Assembly: GCA_024278835.1 (NCBI GenBank)
Contig: JAJRSK010000045.1
Location: forward strand, 3,444-67,443
From: Campylobacterales bacterium
Lineage (GTDB): Bacteria > Campylobacterota > Campylobacteria > Campylobacterales > QNZT01
Length of the DNA: 64,000 nucleotides
Direction: 5' to 3'
Part shown: one piece after another, positions 50,845-62,514 of the stretch
Position numbering within the stretch: position 1 is the first letter of the stretch
How the letters are laid out: each line of letters starts with the position of its first letter
Position numbers and translations under genes: made by a program
The notes under the pieces: generated by a model
The model's input: only the letters and a program-made list of their open reading frames with translations
What the model was told of the DNA's origin: nothing
Database searches by the model: none

Positions 50845-51456
50845 TTATCTTTTTTGGGGATAACTTAACTTTATAAAAATCATCGCTGTCATAACCGCAT
50901 CATTGAGCGCATCATGTTTAGCCATAAACGGTAAATTCAAATCTTCCATAATCGTGTTAAAACGCAAGTCTATATGCCCTTGTGGAATACGCTGAATCTT
51001 CTTATCATGATAGATAGCTGAAACTTCATATTGTTTGTTTGGCAAGTTTATACCGATACGGGGCTTGATGTATTTGTTCACCATCGCCATATCAAACTCC
51101 AGATAATACCCCACCAAAGGAGATGACCCGATAAAGGCTAAAAAATCTTTTATTACATCATCGATATCTTCCCCATGCGCCAAATCACAAGTTCTAATTT
51201 GATGGATTTGGATACTTGTTGCGTCTAATTTTTTTTCTGGCTTGACAAAGCGTTCAAACTTTTGACTCATCAAAATCTTATTCTCTTTAATCTTCACAGC
51301 ACCGATAGAGATGATATCATCTACTTTTGGATCTAGCCCCGTCGTTTCACAGTCAAAACAGACATACTCACCTGCAATAGGTGCATCAAAAAGATAAGCA
51401 TAGGCTTCATCTTTTAAGTTTTTCCTCGCAAAATGTCTTTTTATCTTCTCAAACAT
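50845..51456 (-). CDS. DEDDh 3'-5' exonuclease (DnaQ/epsilon-like)
   Basis: ExoI FDCETTGLDP and ExoIII HDALNDAVMTA. Confidence 0.85.
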   Translation of the reverse strand: MFEKIKRHFARKNLKDEAYAYLFDAPIAGEYVCFDCETTGLDPKVDDIISIGAVKIKENKILMSQKFERFVKPEKKLDATSIQIHQIRTCDLAHGEDIDDVIKDFLAFIGSSPLVGYYLEFDMAMVNKYIKPRIGINLPNKQYEVSAIYHDKKIQRIPQGHIDLRFNTIMEDLNLPFMAKHDALNDAVMTAMIFIKLSYPQKR

Positions 51457-51462
51457 CTCAGG

Positions 51463-53361
51463 CTACCCCAACATGTTCAATTTATAGTGAAAAGTAAGAA
51501 ACTTTTTAAATTGGTTAACGATTTTAAAACTATCTTTCAGTAAATCTTTCTCTAATTTGGTAAGTTTTGTAGGTTTGATATAGTTATCTGGCGTACTATT
51601 CTTATCGATTTTTTCAAGATTATACTTCAGACGAAGAGAGAGTAAAAAAGTATATGACTCTATCAAATCACCTGCCAATTCTCTATCTATCACCCCTAAA
51701 TCATTGAGTTTTTTCAACCTTTCAATGGTATTTGTCACTGTTATATGGTGTTCAAGACTTAAGCTTCTCACCCCATGTACGATAGGAAAAATAGCACCTT
51801 TTTTGATATCAAGTTCTTCTTTGTGTCCTTCTTTACTCAGTACAAAACCTGAAAAGACACTTAATGGCGTCTCAAAACTGAGTACAGCTTTTGAAAAATG
51901 AGCATAAAACGCCCCTGAATTTTCTATCTTCTTAAGAAGATAGTTTTTGAGATTTTCTAACAAGCGTTTATCCCCAGCAACAACCAAAGCATCAAAAAAG
52001 ATAGCAATATTCATAAAATTATCACCACTCTTATTGTCAATCCATGAAAAAATCACCTTTTTAAAATCACTCTCTTTATGTACCCACACAGGATTACTTA
52101 TCATGATATTTCCAGGGCATGGAGGATAACCAAAACTTACAAGTTTCTCTGTAAATGCTTTGGTAAATTCTGCAAGTTCCACATCAGCAATGCTACAATC
52201 ATCACTTAAGATAAGAGCATTGTCTTGATCTGTTTTTAAAATCTGCTCTTGTCTGCCTTCACTTCCCATCACGATAAGTGCAGAGTGTTCTAACAAAGAT
52301 TTAGGTGCCGTTAACTCAAAAAGTTTTTTAAAGACCTTTTCATTTAACTGACTTAAAAGTTTCGAGATATAACGCACTTTTACCCCCTTGGCATAAAGGG
52401 ATTTGGTGATGCGTATGAGGTTTGTACTTGCACTTTGCAAGGCTTCGACACTCTCTGCTCTTTCTATCTCATTGGATATCGAATAGGTATGTGAAGCGAA
52501 AAAACTTACCAAAGATATCTGATCCAAGATACCCACGACCTGCGCTTTTTCATCCTCTACCACCAATCTTTTGATACCATGCTTTGTCATCTCAAGTTGG
52601 GCGTTAAATAAAAACTCATTCTTGTTGACCACTATCAAATCAAACTTTGCTAACCTTTCTATCGGTGCATCAAAAGACATCTTTTTCAAGATAAATTTTT
52701 CACGAAAATCCACATCCGTCACTATGCCTAAAGCCTCTCCTTTTTGCACCAAAAGAGAGTTTGCTTTTTGTTCTTTTTGATACTGCACCGCTTCAAAGAT
52801 AGACATAGTCGCATCCACAATAACTGGCGCTTGGATATAAGCATCTTTTACACGGGCAACCATAAAGTTTGCTAACTCTTTATTTTTCTTATTGACTTGA
52901 TTGGTATTTAGTTTTTGTGCAAGAGTTTGAAAAAAATACTGTTCAAAGTTCTCATCTTCATGTAAAACTTTCAAAAATATTTCTCTTGGTAAGAGATAAC
53001 AAATAGTCTCTTGGGCTGTTATAAAAAGGTGTTTGACACGATTTTCAATCAAAGAGATAGGATCAAAAAGTTCATGGTGACCATACACAGAAATCACCTC
53101 ATCATCCTCTTTTTCATGCACTGTACCTTTGATGATAAAGTAGAGATATTCTGCCTGTGAACCTTTGGATAAAAGTGTTTCATCTTCTGTAAAATAGACA
53201 ATGTCTAAATTTTCACATACAAACTTTAGATTATTATGACTCAATGTATCAAAGGGCGCTATCCCTTTGATAAAAGATTCTTGTTCAAGTAAACTCAAAC
53301 TATCACCCTTATTTACTATTTTTTTATGTGGATGCAAACAGGGGATAATCCTTGCTTGCAA
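51463..53361 (-). CDS. Multidomain signalling protein: cNMP-binding + CBS pair + DUF294-type nucleotidyltransferase
   Basis: N-terminal cNMP barrel (YLYFIIKGTVHE), CBS region, and a GSEGRQEQILKTDQDNALI nucleotidyltransferase motif (GS...DxD). Confidence 0.75.
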   Translation of the reverse strand: MQARIIPCLHPHKKIVNKGDSLSLLEQESFIKGIAPFDTLSHNNLKFVCENLDIVYFTEDETLLSKGSQAEYLYFIIKGTVHEKEDDEVISVYGHHELFDPISLIENRVKHLFITAQETICYLLPREIFLKVLHEDENFEQYFFQTLAQKLNTNQVNKKNKELANFMVARVKDAYIQAPVIVDATMSIFEAVQYQKEQKANSLLVQKGEALGIVTDVDFREKFILKKMSFDAPIERLAKFDLIVVNKNEFLFNAQLEMTKHGIKRLVVEDEKAQVVGILDQISLVSFFASHTYSISNEIERAESVEALQSASTNLIRITKSLYAKGVKVRYISKLLSQLNEKVFKKLFELTAPKSLLEHSALIVMGSEGRQEQILKTDQDNALILSDDCSIADVELAEFTKAFTEKLVSFGYPPCPGNIMISNPVWVHKESDFKKVIFSWIDNKSGDNFMNIAIFFDALVVAGDKRLLENLKNYLLKKIENSGAFYAHFSKAVLSFETPLSVFSGFVLSKEGHKEELDIKKGAIFPIVHGVRSLSLEHHITVTNTIERLKKLNDLGVIDRELAGDLIESYTFLLSLRLKYNLEKIDKNSTPDNYIKPTKLTKLEKDLLKDSFKIVNQFKKFLTFHYKLNMLG

Positions 53362-53370
53362 ACGCCGTCT

Positions 53371-55023
53371 CTAGTGCTCAGATGCACCCTCTGCACCGAT
53401 ACCAGTTTGTGCTCTGATATTTTGTGCTTCAAAAGCATCTCTCTCTTTTTGTGCTTGTTCACTATTATCTGTAATTGAAAAGAACCAAATACCGACAAAG
53501 GCTACTGTCACAGAAAAGAGTGCTGGATATTTATAAGGAAAGATTGCTTCTGCATTTCCTAAAATCTGTACCCATACAATCGGACCTAAAATAACAAGTA
53601 AAATCGCTGTTGCAAGTCCTAATGTTCCACCTATGACCGCACCTCGTGTAGTGAGCTTTTTCCAATAGATAGACAGAAAAAGGATAGGGAAGTTAGCCGA
53701 TGCTGCGATAGCAAATGCCAAACCAACCATAAACGCGATATTTTGCTTCTCAAATAAGATACCCAAGATGATAGCGATGATACCTAATACAACTGTTGCT
53801 ATCTTGGACACACGCATCTCTTTTTGCTCATCCACTTTGCCCACAGCGAAAGCGTTGGCATATAAATCATGAGAAATCGCAGAAGCACCAGCCAATGTAA
53901 GACCAGAAACAACCGCTAAGATTGTCGCAAATGCCACCGCTGAGATAAATCCAAGGAACAAATCACCACCAACCGCGTGAGAAAGATGAATCGCAGCCAT
54001 GTTGTTACCACCAAATAGTGTCCCTTTAGCCACATCCAAATACTCTGGATTTTGTGAAACAAGAACGATAGCACCAAAACCGATGATAAACGTAAGGATA
54101 TAAAAATACCCGATAAAGCCCGTTGCAAAGAATACTGATTTTCTAGCTTCTTTCGCATCTGCCACTGTAAAGAAACGCATCAAGATATGAGGAAGACCCG
54201 CCGTACCAAACATCAAAGCAATACCTAGTGAAATAGCCGATATAGGATCAGAGACCAATCCACCTGGGCTCATGATAGCGATACCACTTTTATGTACTTC
54301 TGTTGCTCCTTTAAAGAGTGCTTCAAAAGAGAATCCAAAGTGACTCATCACCGCAATTGCCATGAACGTCGCACCAGAGAGTAAAAGTACTGCTTTGATG
54401 ATTTGTACCCATGTTGTTGCAAGCATACCACCAAAGGTCACATAGGCAATCATCAGTAAACCAACCAAGATAACAGCCGCTTCATAAGGGAGACCAAAAA
54501 GCACTTGAATCAGCTTTCCAGAACCAACCATCTGTGCAATAAGATACAAAATAACCGTAGCAATTGAACCAAATGCCGCTAAGATTCTAATAGGCTTTTG
54601 TCTGAGGCGATATGAGGCTACATCGGCAAAAGTATACTTACCCAGGTTTCTCAATTGCTCTGCAATCATAAATAGTATGATAGGCCAGCCAACTAAAAAT
54701 CCGATAGAGTAGATAAGTCCATCATACCCTTTAAGATAAACCAATCCAGAAATACCCAAGAATGACGCCGCTGACATATAATCACCCGCTATTGCCATAC
54801 CATTTTGAAGTCCTGTGATACCACCACCAGCCGTATAAAAATCCTTGGCTGTTTTTGTTCTTTTTGCTGCCCAGTAAGTGATACCTAGTGTCGCGCCTAC
54901 AAAGATTAAAAACATGATTACCGCAGGAACATTTAAATCTCTCTGACCTGATACTCCAGCATCACCACCCGTTGCAAATAGTGATACACTTAAAAGCGTT
55001 AATAATACGATAACTTTTTTCAT
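53371..55023 (-). CDS. actP: Cation/acetate symporter (SSS family)
   Basis: 550 aa and about 13-14 TM helices. Signature of sodium:solute symporters. Preceded by a DUF485 gene with 4-nt overlap, as in yjcH-actP operons. Confidence 0.88.
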   Translation of the reverse strand: MKKVIVLLTLLSVSLFATGGDAGVSGQRDLNVPAVIMFLIFVGATLGITYWAAKRTKTAKDFYTAGGGITGLQNGMAIAGDYMSAASFLGISGLVYLKGYDGLIYSIGFLVGWPIILFMIAEQLRNLGKYTFADVASYRLRQKPIRILAAFGSIATVILYLIAQMVGSGKLIQVLFGLPYEAAVILVGLLMIAYVTFGGMLATTWVQIIKAVLLLSGATFMAIAVMSHFGFSFEALFKGATEVHKSGIAIMSPGGLVSDPISAISLGIALMFGTAGLPHILMRFFTVADAKEARKSVFFATGFIGYFYILTFIIGFGAIVLVSQNPEYLDVAKGTLFGGNNMAAIHLSHAVGGDLFLGFISAVAFATILAVVSGLTLAGASAISHDLYANAFAVGKVDEQKEMRVSKIATVVLGIIAIILGILFEKQNIAFMVGLAFAIAASANFPILFLSIYWKKLTTRGAVIGGTLGLATAILLVILGPIVWVQILGNAEAIFPYKYPALFSVTVAFVGIWFFSITDNSEQAQKERDAFEAQNIRAQTGIGAEGASEH

Positions 55024-55337
55024 GCTCCTATCTCCTCTTTTAATTCTTCTTTGACTTTATTGGTTAAATCATCAAATTCACCATTAGCCCGTCTTGTATA
55101 AAGCCCTGCCATGATAAAGGAAAAGAAAATGATAAATATTCCTACAGGAATCCCTATCGTCATCACACCACCCATACTCGTACCTAAAACCTGAGGTGCA
55201 AATGCAATCGTCAAAATAAAGGCGTAATAAACTACCAACATGGCGATTGTCATCTTCCACGCATAGGCACTTCTCGTCTTAACCAACTCTTTATAAGAGG
55301 GGTTATTTTTAATCTTTTCTACAAGATTCTTATCCAT
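55020..55337 (-). CDS. DUF485 (YjcH-like) small inner-membrane protein
   Basis: 105 aa, two TM helices. Conserved partner of actP. Confidence 0.8.
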   Translation of the reverse strand: MDKNLVEKIKNNPSYKELVKTRSAYAWKMTIAMLVVYYAFILTIAFAPQVLGTSMGGVMTIGIPVGIFIIFFSFIMAGLYTRRANGEFDDLTNKVKEELKEEIGA

Positions 55338-55346
55338 TGTTTCTCC

Positions 55347-56681
55347 TTAAAAATTATAATTTGCTATCACTCTATACTCGTTCCAGTCTAATCCTGGTGC
55401 AAAATCTGTTGGATAATTTGCTCTGAGTCTTAAGTGTAAGTTTTTTACTGCTGCTGGATTATACTTGATATCAAATCCACTCTCTTTTGCTGTCCAAGCA
55501 TTACCTGCTTTATAAGTGTTGTTCGCCCCAATGTCAAATGATATATGATAGATTGATGCTTTTAAGTCCACCCCTAAAGCTTTTTTAAAGTTGTATGTTC
55601 CCGCCACCTTTACGGTATCCGTATCAGCAAAAAACATATGTCTTGTTACCATACCCTGCGTAAATGCTGGTATGCCACCCCATGGTGTGATGATACCACC
55701 ATGGGCTTGTGCATCGACATTTGAATCTGTTGTAGAGTAAGCCACATAGCCACTAAGTGCACCAAATCCAGCCCCTAGTTTCACACCGATAAAATTGCTA
55801 TCCACATCACCCGCTAGTTTATCTCCGATATCACTTTCATTGATGTACTGTGCAGAAGCCTTAAGCTTTAACGCATCACTCACTTTAAATGAATAATCAC
55901 CTTGTAGGTATATTGCGTTTAAAATATCATGTGCCACGTAGTCCCAAGCTTGTAATTTCAAGCCTTCTATACCACTATAGATAGCTGCTACAGCAGTCAC
56001 ACCAGGAGTATCTACCCCTGCGCCTAGTGCTATTTCACCCATCTCTCTAAATTCACCATTTGTGCCTAGCTTATATCCCAGACCATAACCACTTTGTAAA
56101 GAGAGTTGACCCGCAGCACCATAAACATTTCCAAAAGTTCCTACAGACTCTCTCACAACATGTGCTGCTATCAATGTGGTATCGACGATATCAGTATTGA
56201 CCAGTACTGCTGCTTCAAAAAGGTTTGGAAGCATTCTTGCATCATCTGCTGCTGCTAGTGGTGTATTTAACTTTTGACGACCAATTGTTATCGTCGTATT
56301 GGTAAGACCTGTTTCACAAAAACAGTATTTTAAGTACGCTTCACCAAGCATAGAATAAGAGGAAAATCCATCCCCATACAGTGAAGGATCATAGTTTGCT
56401 GAAGTTCTTTCTCCATCATGGATATTGATACCATTGGTCGTATAAAACTTCAATCCAAAACTTAAGCCATGTAACGAATCTGTCTCTATACCCAGAGATC
56501 CGCCAATGGCTAGTGAATTACGATTGTTTTCAATAGCCCCACTATACGTTCTATCGATGTAAAAAGTTCTGATTTGCCCTGTTGTTTTAGCATTTTTAAA
56601 TGCTTCCTCTAAGTTATCTGCTGCCTGCATATTTAGCGTGGCTAAAAGTGCTACTGATAACGCTAGACCTAATTTCCTCAT
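55347..56681 (-). CDS. Outer-membrane porin, OprD-like family
   Basis: Signal peptide MRKLGLALSVALLATLNMQA, N-terminal AFKNAKTTGQIRTFYIDR, and beta-strand periodicity ending in NYNF. Confidence 0.72.
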   Translation of the reverse strand: MRKLGLALSVALLATLNMQAADNLEEAFKNAKTTGQIRTFYIDRTYSGAIENNRNSLAIGGSLGIETDSLHGLSFGLKFYTTNGINIHDGERTSANYDPSLYGDGFSSYSMLGEAYLKYCFCETGLTNTTITIGRQKLNTPLAAADDARMLPNLFEAAVLVNTDIVDTTLIAAHVVRESVGTFGNVYGAAGQLSLQSGYGLGYKLGTNGEFREMGEIALGAGVDTPGVTAVAAIYSGIEGLKLQAWDYVAHDILNAIYLQGDYSFKVSDALKLKASAQYINESDIGDKLAGDVDSNFIGVKLGAGFGALSGYVAYSTTDSNVDAQAHGGIITPWGGIPAFTQGMVTRHMFFADTDTVKVAGTYNFKKALGVDLKASIYHISFDIGANNTYKAGNAWTAKESGFDIKYNPAAVKNLHLRLRANYPTDFAPGLDWNEYRVIANYNF

Positions 56682-56796
56682 ATTTTAACTCCTTTTAAAT
56701 AAGATTAATTACCGTAAGAAATTTTAATAAGGCAGCGTAGCATTAGCATAGCAATTAAGAAAAACTTATAATAGTGCTATGATTTTAGAGAGAAGG

Positions 56797-56813
56797 TGTT
56801 ACTTTATGTAACA
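56797..56813. promoter_or_regulatory. Inverted repeat TGTTAC-N5-GTAACA between the response-regulator gene and the porin gene
   Basis: Read directly. About 116 nt upstream of the porin ATG and about 33 nt after the regulator stop. Confidence 0.2.
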
Positions 56814-56845
56814 TAATAGGTAAAAATTATTTTATTTATTTACTT

Positions 56846-57514
56846 TTATACTTTTATAAATCTTTCAACTTTATAGCCAACACCCTTGATATTTTCTATA
56901 AAGTCTTCTTTTAGCGAACGCCTCAGACGGCTTATCTCTGCTCTGATAGTCGCATTATCCACCGGTTCATGATTCCATACATAGCTTCTAAACTTATCAA
57001 AGCTCAAAACCATACCGATATTTTGGCATAACAACTCTAGTATCAAAATCTGCTTTTTAGTCAACATCTGTACCTTATCATGATAGTAAAGTGCTGATTC
57101 TGATTTTGCATAACTATAGTGGGCACTTAGCAACACATGTTGTCTATGCTGTCTCTCTATAAACTGTGCGATATTGTTGAGTCTGAGTCCTAGTTCTTTG
57201 AGATGAAAAGGCTTTTTAAGATAGTCACTCGCACCCAAGTCAAATGCCTTGGAGATATCTTCGATATCCACTAAGGCTGAGATAAAAATAGTGGGTGTCA
57301 AAATCTCTGACTCTCGTAAATATGCCAAAAGCTCAAAGCCATCTATATGCGGTACATTGATATCTAAAATCAAGATGTCATATAATGTTTCTTGCAAAGA
57401 TTCCAATGCCTTATCACCCCTAGAAAAACTTTTCACCGTATGACCTAAAGAGAGTAGATACTCTTCGATGGCACTCTGCAACATCAACTCATCTTCAAGT
57501 AATAAGATTTTCAT
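56846..57514 (-). CDS. OmpR-family response regulator
   Basis: Starts MKILLLEDELML. Receiver domain (DILILDINVPHIDG) and winged-helix output (GVGYKVE). The track extension to 57568 is rejected. Confidence 0.88.
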   Translation of the reverse strand: MKILLLEDELMLQSAIEEYLLSLGHTVKSFSRGDKALESLQETLYDILILDINVPHIDGFELLAYLRESEILTPTIFISALVDIEDISKAFDLGASDYLKKPFHLKELGLRLNNIAQFIERQHRQHVLLSAHYSYAKSESALYYHDKVQMLTKKQILILELLCQNIGMVLSFDKFRSYVWNHEPVDNATIRAEISRLRRSLKEDFIENIKGVGYKVERFIKV

Positions 57515-59108
57515 GATACTCCTTAAAATAGTATTGAAAACTATTTTGATTGTTAGCAGACTGTACATCCACTTTCACCGCATGCTTATCACAAATCTCT
57601 TTGACGATATGCAACCCTATCCCAAAACCACCACGGGCACTTCCCTCTCTATAATAACGCTTAAAGAGTTGTTCTGGGTCTTTGATAGCAGTACCCACGC
57701 TTGTCACTTCAAGTAACAACATCTCTTTGTCTCTTTTTAGTGTGATAAAAACCTCACTCTCTGGCAAAGAATATTTTATCGCATTGGAGATATTATTGTC
57801 ACAGATTCTTTGTAGTTCCACTTCACTAAAAAATAGTTTGAGATTTGGCGTGATATCATGTTCTAACACTATTTTATTACCCAGAGCCACTTCATCAAAA
57901 AAATTTATTCTCTATTGTAAAAAAAGAGAAAAATCTATCATAACTTTTTTATACTCCACACGATCTTTTTTTGTCATATAACTTAAATCATTATAGATAT
58001 TTTGTATGATTTTTACCCCCGCTTCAATCTTTGTTAAATAAGAGTTTTTAGGATTATTCATATTGTACAAGTCAACATTTGTCATGATAATGCTAAGTGG
58101 TGTATTTATCTCATGCGTGGCATTTTTGATAAACTTATCTTGTGCTATCACCATTGACTCTGCAAACTCTTTTGCATCATTTAACTTTTTAGTTTTCTCT
58201 TTTACCTTTTGTGCTAGATTAGCATTAAGATCTTCAAGGGACTCTTTCTGCAAGGCAATCTCTTCTATCATGATATTGATATGTTCTGCTATCTGTTGAT
58301 ACTCTTCATAACGAATCTCACTAACATCCAACTTTTCATACTTAGAGGAGACAGATTTTAAAACATTTTCTATATAAGAGATATCATCACTCACCGTGTA
58401 CGCAAAATATTTATATATCACCATAGCGATAAAAAAAAGTATCGTCGAGAGGGTTAAGATGCCTAGGATAAACTTTGATACCTTTTGTTTATGTTCAAAT
58501 TTTTTCTTTTCAATCGTTGCATACATATCATCTAAATAAAACCCCGTACCAACCATCCAGCGCCAAGGCTTGTACGAGGCGGCATAAGAGATTTTTGGGG
58601 CTAGTTTGTTGATAAGTGGCTTATTCCAAACATACTTAACAAAGCCACCCCCTTTTTCTTTCGAAGCATCTATCAACTCATAAATCACTTCTTTCCCATT
58701 GGGGTCTTTGATATGCAGCATCTCTTTGCCAGCATTTTTTTTCAAGATAGGATCGGCGATATTGATACCATCAAAGGTATAGATAAAAACATATCCCGTG
58801 CCACCCCTCTCATCACGCATCTGCTCAATAGCATCCACAATTTCTGATTGCAACTCTTTAAGCGACTTATTTTTACCATCTTTTTTATGTTTGTAGGCTA
58901 TATAACGAAGAGCTCGATTGGTCTCATTGCGAATCAAATCTTTTTGCGTTTGAATATACTTTTTTTCTATCTGTACTATCTCATTTTGGTGCTCTTTATT
59001 TAGGTTGTAGATACTATAAACTAGCACCAAGATAGTGAGCAACGCCACCAAGAGGATACTGAGTCCACTGGCTTGATTGATGCTCTGTTTTTGAAAAATT
59101 TTTTTCAA
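57495..59108 (-). pseudogene. Sensor histidine kinase (TM-sCache-TM-HisKA-HATPase) interrupted by one in-frame TAG
   Basis: ORFs 57912-59108 and 57495-57890 share a frame. The junction reads IDFSLFLQ-TAG-RINFFDEVALGNKIV. The H-box ATHEINTPLSII lies upstream and the N/G boxes (NAIKYS, GGFGIGLHIV) downstream of the stop. Confidence 0.85.
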
Positions 59109-60677
59109 TTTTTATGGAGTTCCTGCACCATCAGTTGGGGTGTAACATTGCCACGAAACTCATTTTTAGAGACTGTACATACTATATCAACATAATCACC
59201 CTGCTCTGCTTTATCTACAAAATTAAAATAAATAGCTTCCACACTTTTTTGTTCACTTAGCAACGTCATTTTGAGGTGATTGGCATCCATTCCTAAAAGT
59301 CTATCTGCACTTACCAAAGCATTTTTGAGTAAAAATTGTGGTTGGGGATTTTTCTGACCATAAGGCTCATATTTTTCAAGAATATGTAATAAATCAAAGT
59401 CTATTGCCTCCGCATCTATCTCCCCCAAAACATCACTTTTTTCTATAAAATCTTCTTCAGGGATAGAGGCAGCTGCTGTTTCAAGATTTGCTCTAAAAGT
59501 TTCTAAATTTTCAGGGGCTATCGCCATACCTGCAGCACCTTGATGTCCACCATATCCGATAAGTAGCTCCTTTTGTGCTGCGATAAGTTCTAGGATATGG
59601 ATACTACCCACACTTCTCGCACTCCCTTTTGCCTTACCACCTTCTAGTGATAGGACAATGGCAGGTTTCTTAAATCGTCTAGTGAGTCTCGCCGCCACGA
59701 TACCAATAACACCTTCATGCCACTCTTCACCCCAAGTAACGATGATTTTAGCTTCTTCATTGTGCGTTAAAACAGCCTTGTTAAAAAGGTCAAGCTCTAT
59801 CTCTTTACGTCTATTGTTTAACCCCACGATATACTCAAGGTGCATAAGCGCCTCTTCTTCCCCTTTGGCTGAAAGCATCTCAAAAGCCAAAGTGGCATCT
59901 TCTATACGCCCTGCTGAGTTGATGATGGGAGCTAACAGAAAAGAGATATCATCACTCTTAAAAGCAGATTTTTTAAAGTAGCGTTTAATGACAGAGAAAA
60001 TGACTCTTTTTTCTTGATTTATCATCTTGAATCCCGCACGAACCATCGCACGATTCATCCCCTTTAGCTCCATCATATCTGCAACGATAGCGATAGCCAA
60101 AGGTCTAAATATTTTCCTAGGTTGTACTCTATGCCTAAAGTCTCTTTGAGTGTAGCCACCAGCTACCATGCCACCTGCGCCCCACATATCTCAGGATAGG
60201 GAAAAGGACAATCCTCTTGCTTGGGATTGACGATGGCATAAGCATCAGGGATAGTCTCCGGCACCGTATGATGATCGGTGATGATTAAATCAATACCTCT
60301 TTGTTTGCAAACCTCAGCAGCTTGCAGAGCAGAGATACCATTGTCCACCGTGATGATTACATCTGCGTCTATGCGTTCTAGTAACTTTTCATTGATACCA
60401 TAACCATCACGAAAACGGTTAGGTATGATGAGGGTGATAGGGATACCGATATCTGTAAAAAACTCACTCATGATAGTAGAAGAAACCACACCATCTACAT
60501 CATAGTCACCCACCACGGTGATTTTTTCGTTATTGTGGATGGCTATCTTGATACGATCTGCCGCTTTTTGGATATCTTTGAGTTGTGAAGGTTTAGGTAT
60601 ATCTTTCAGTGTCGTACAAGTGTCCTCTGCAAATCGAGAAGATAAAATCTCCTCGATTTTTTCGCAGTTTAACTTGG
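59105..60677 (-). pseudogene. recJ: Single-stranded-DNA exonuclease RecJ, disrupted (no canonical start, in-frame TAG, 1-nt deletion)
   Basis: DHH motifs are present (GDYDVDG, TVDNG, ITDHH). The reading frame runs ...ICGAQVAW-TAG-LVATLKETLGIEYNLGKYLDL, then shifts by one base in a T-run to LAIAIVADMMELKGMNR. The N-terminal [15 protein letters not shown] has no ATG/GTG/TTG upstream before it enters pyrG. Confidence 0.8.
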
Positions 60678-62321
<1,644 letters not shown>

Positions 62322-62514
62322 TTATTTTATTTATCGGGATTATAGTCCATTATGGCTAAAAAAGGCGTTAAATTATAAGAGCGTTACGTAAATCAAAATA
62401 GTTTCATCAAACTTTCAAAGTACTATTAATCAACTATTAATCTTTTATTTAATGTGATTAATCCTCATAGTTTATAATTTCGTATAAATAAACTTTAGTC
62501 ATAAGGAATAAACA

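Noticed and set aside
20231-60677. Idea that the in-frame TAA (map) and TAG (kinase, recJ) reflect stop-codon reassignment or systematic recoding.
   Set aside because: Other genes whose 3' ends I read end at an ordinary stop at the expected family length (for example TAA for secY, rplO and the C-terminal map ORF, and TAG for pyrG). recJ also carries a frameshift. Ordinary nonsense mutations or sequence errors are the simpler explanation. A genome-wide count of in-frame TAG would be needed to reopen this.
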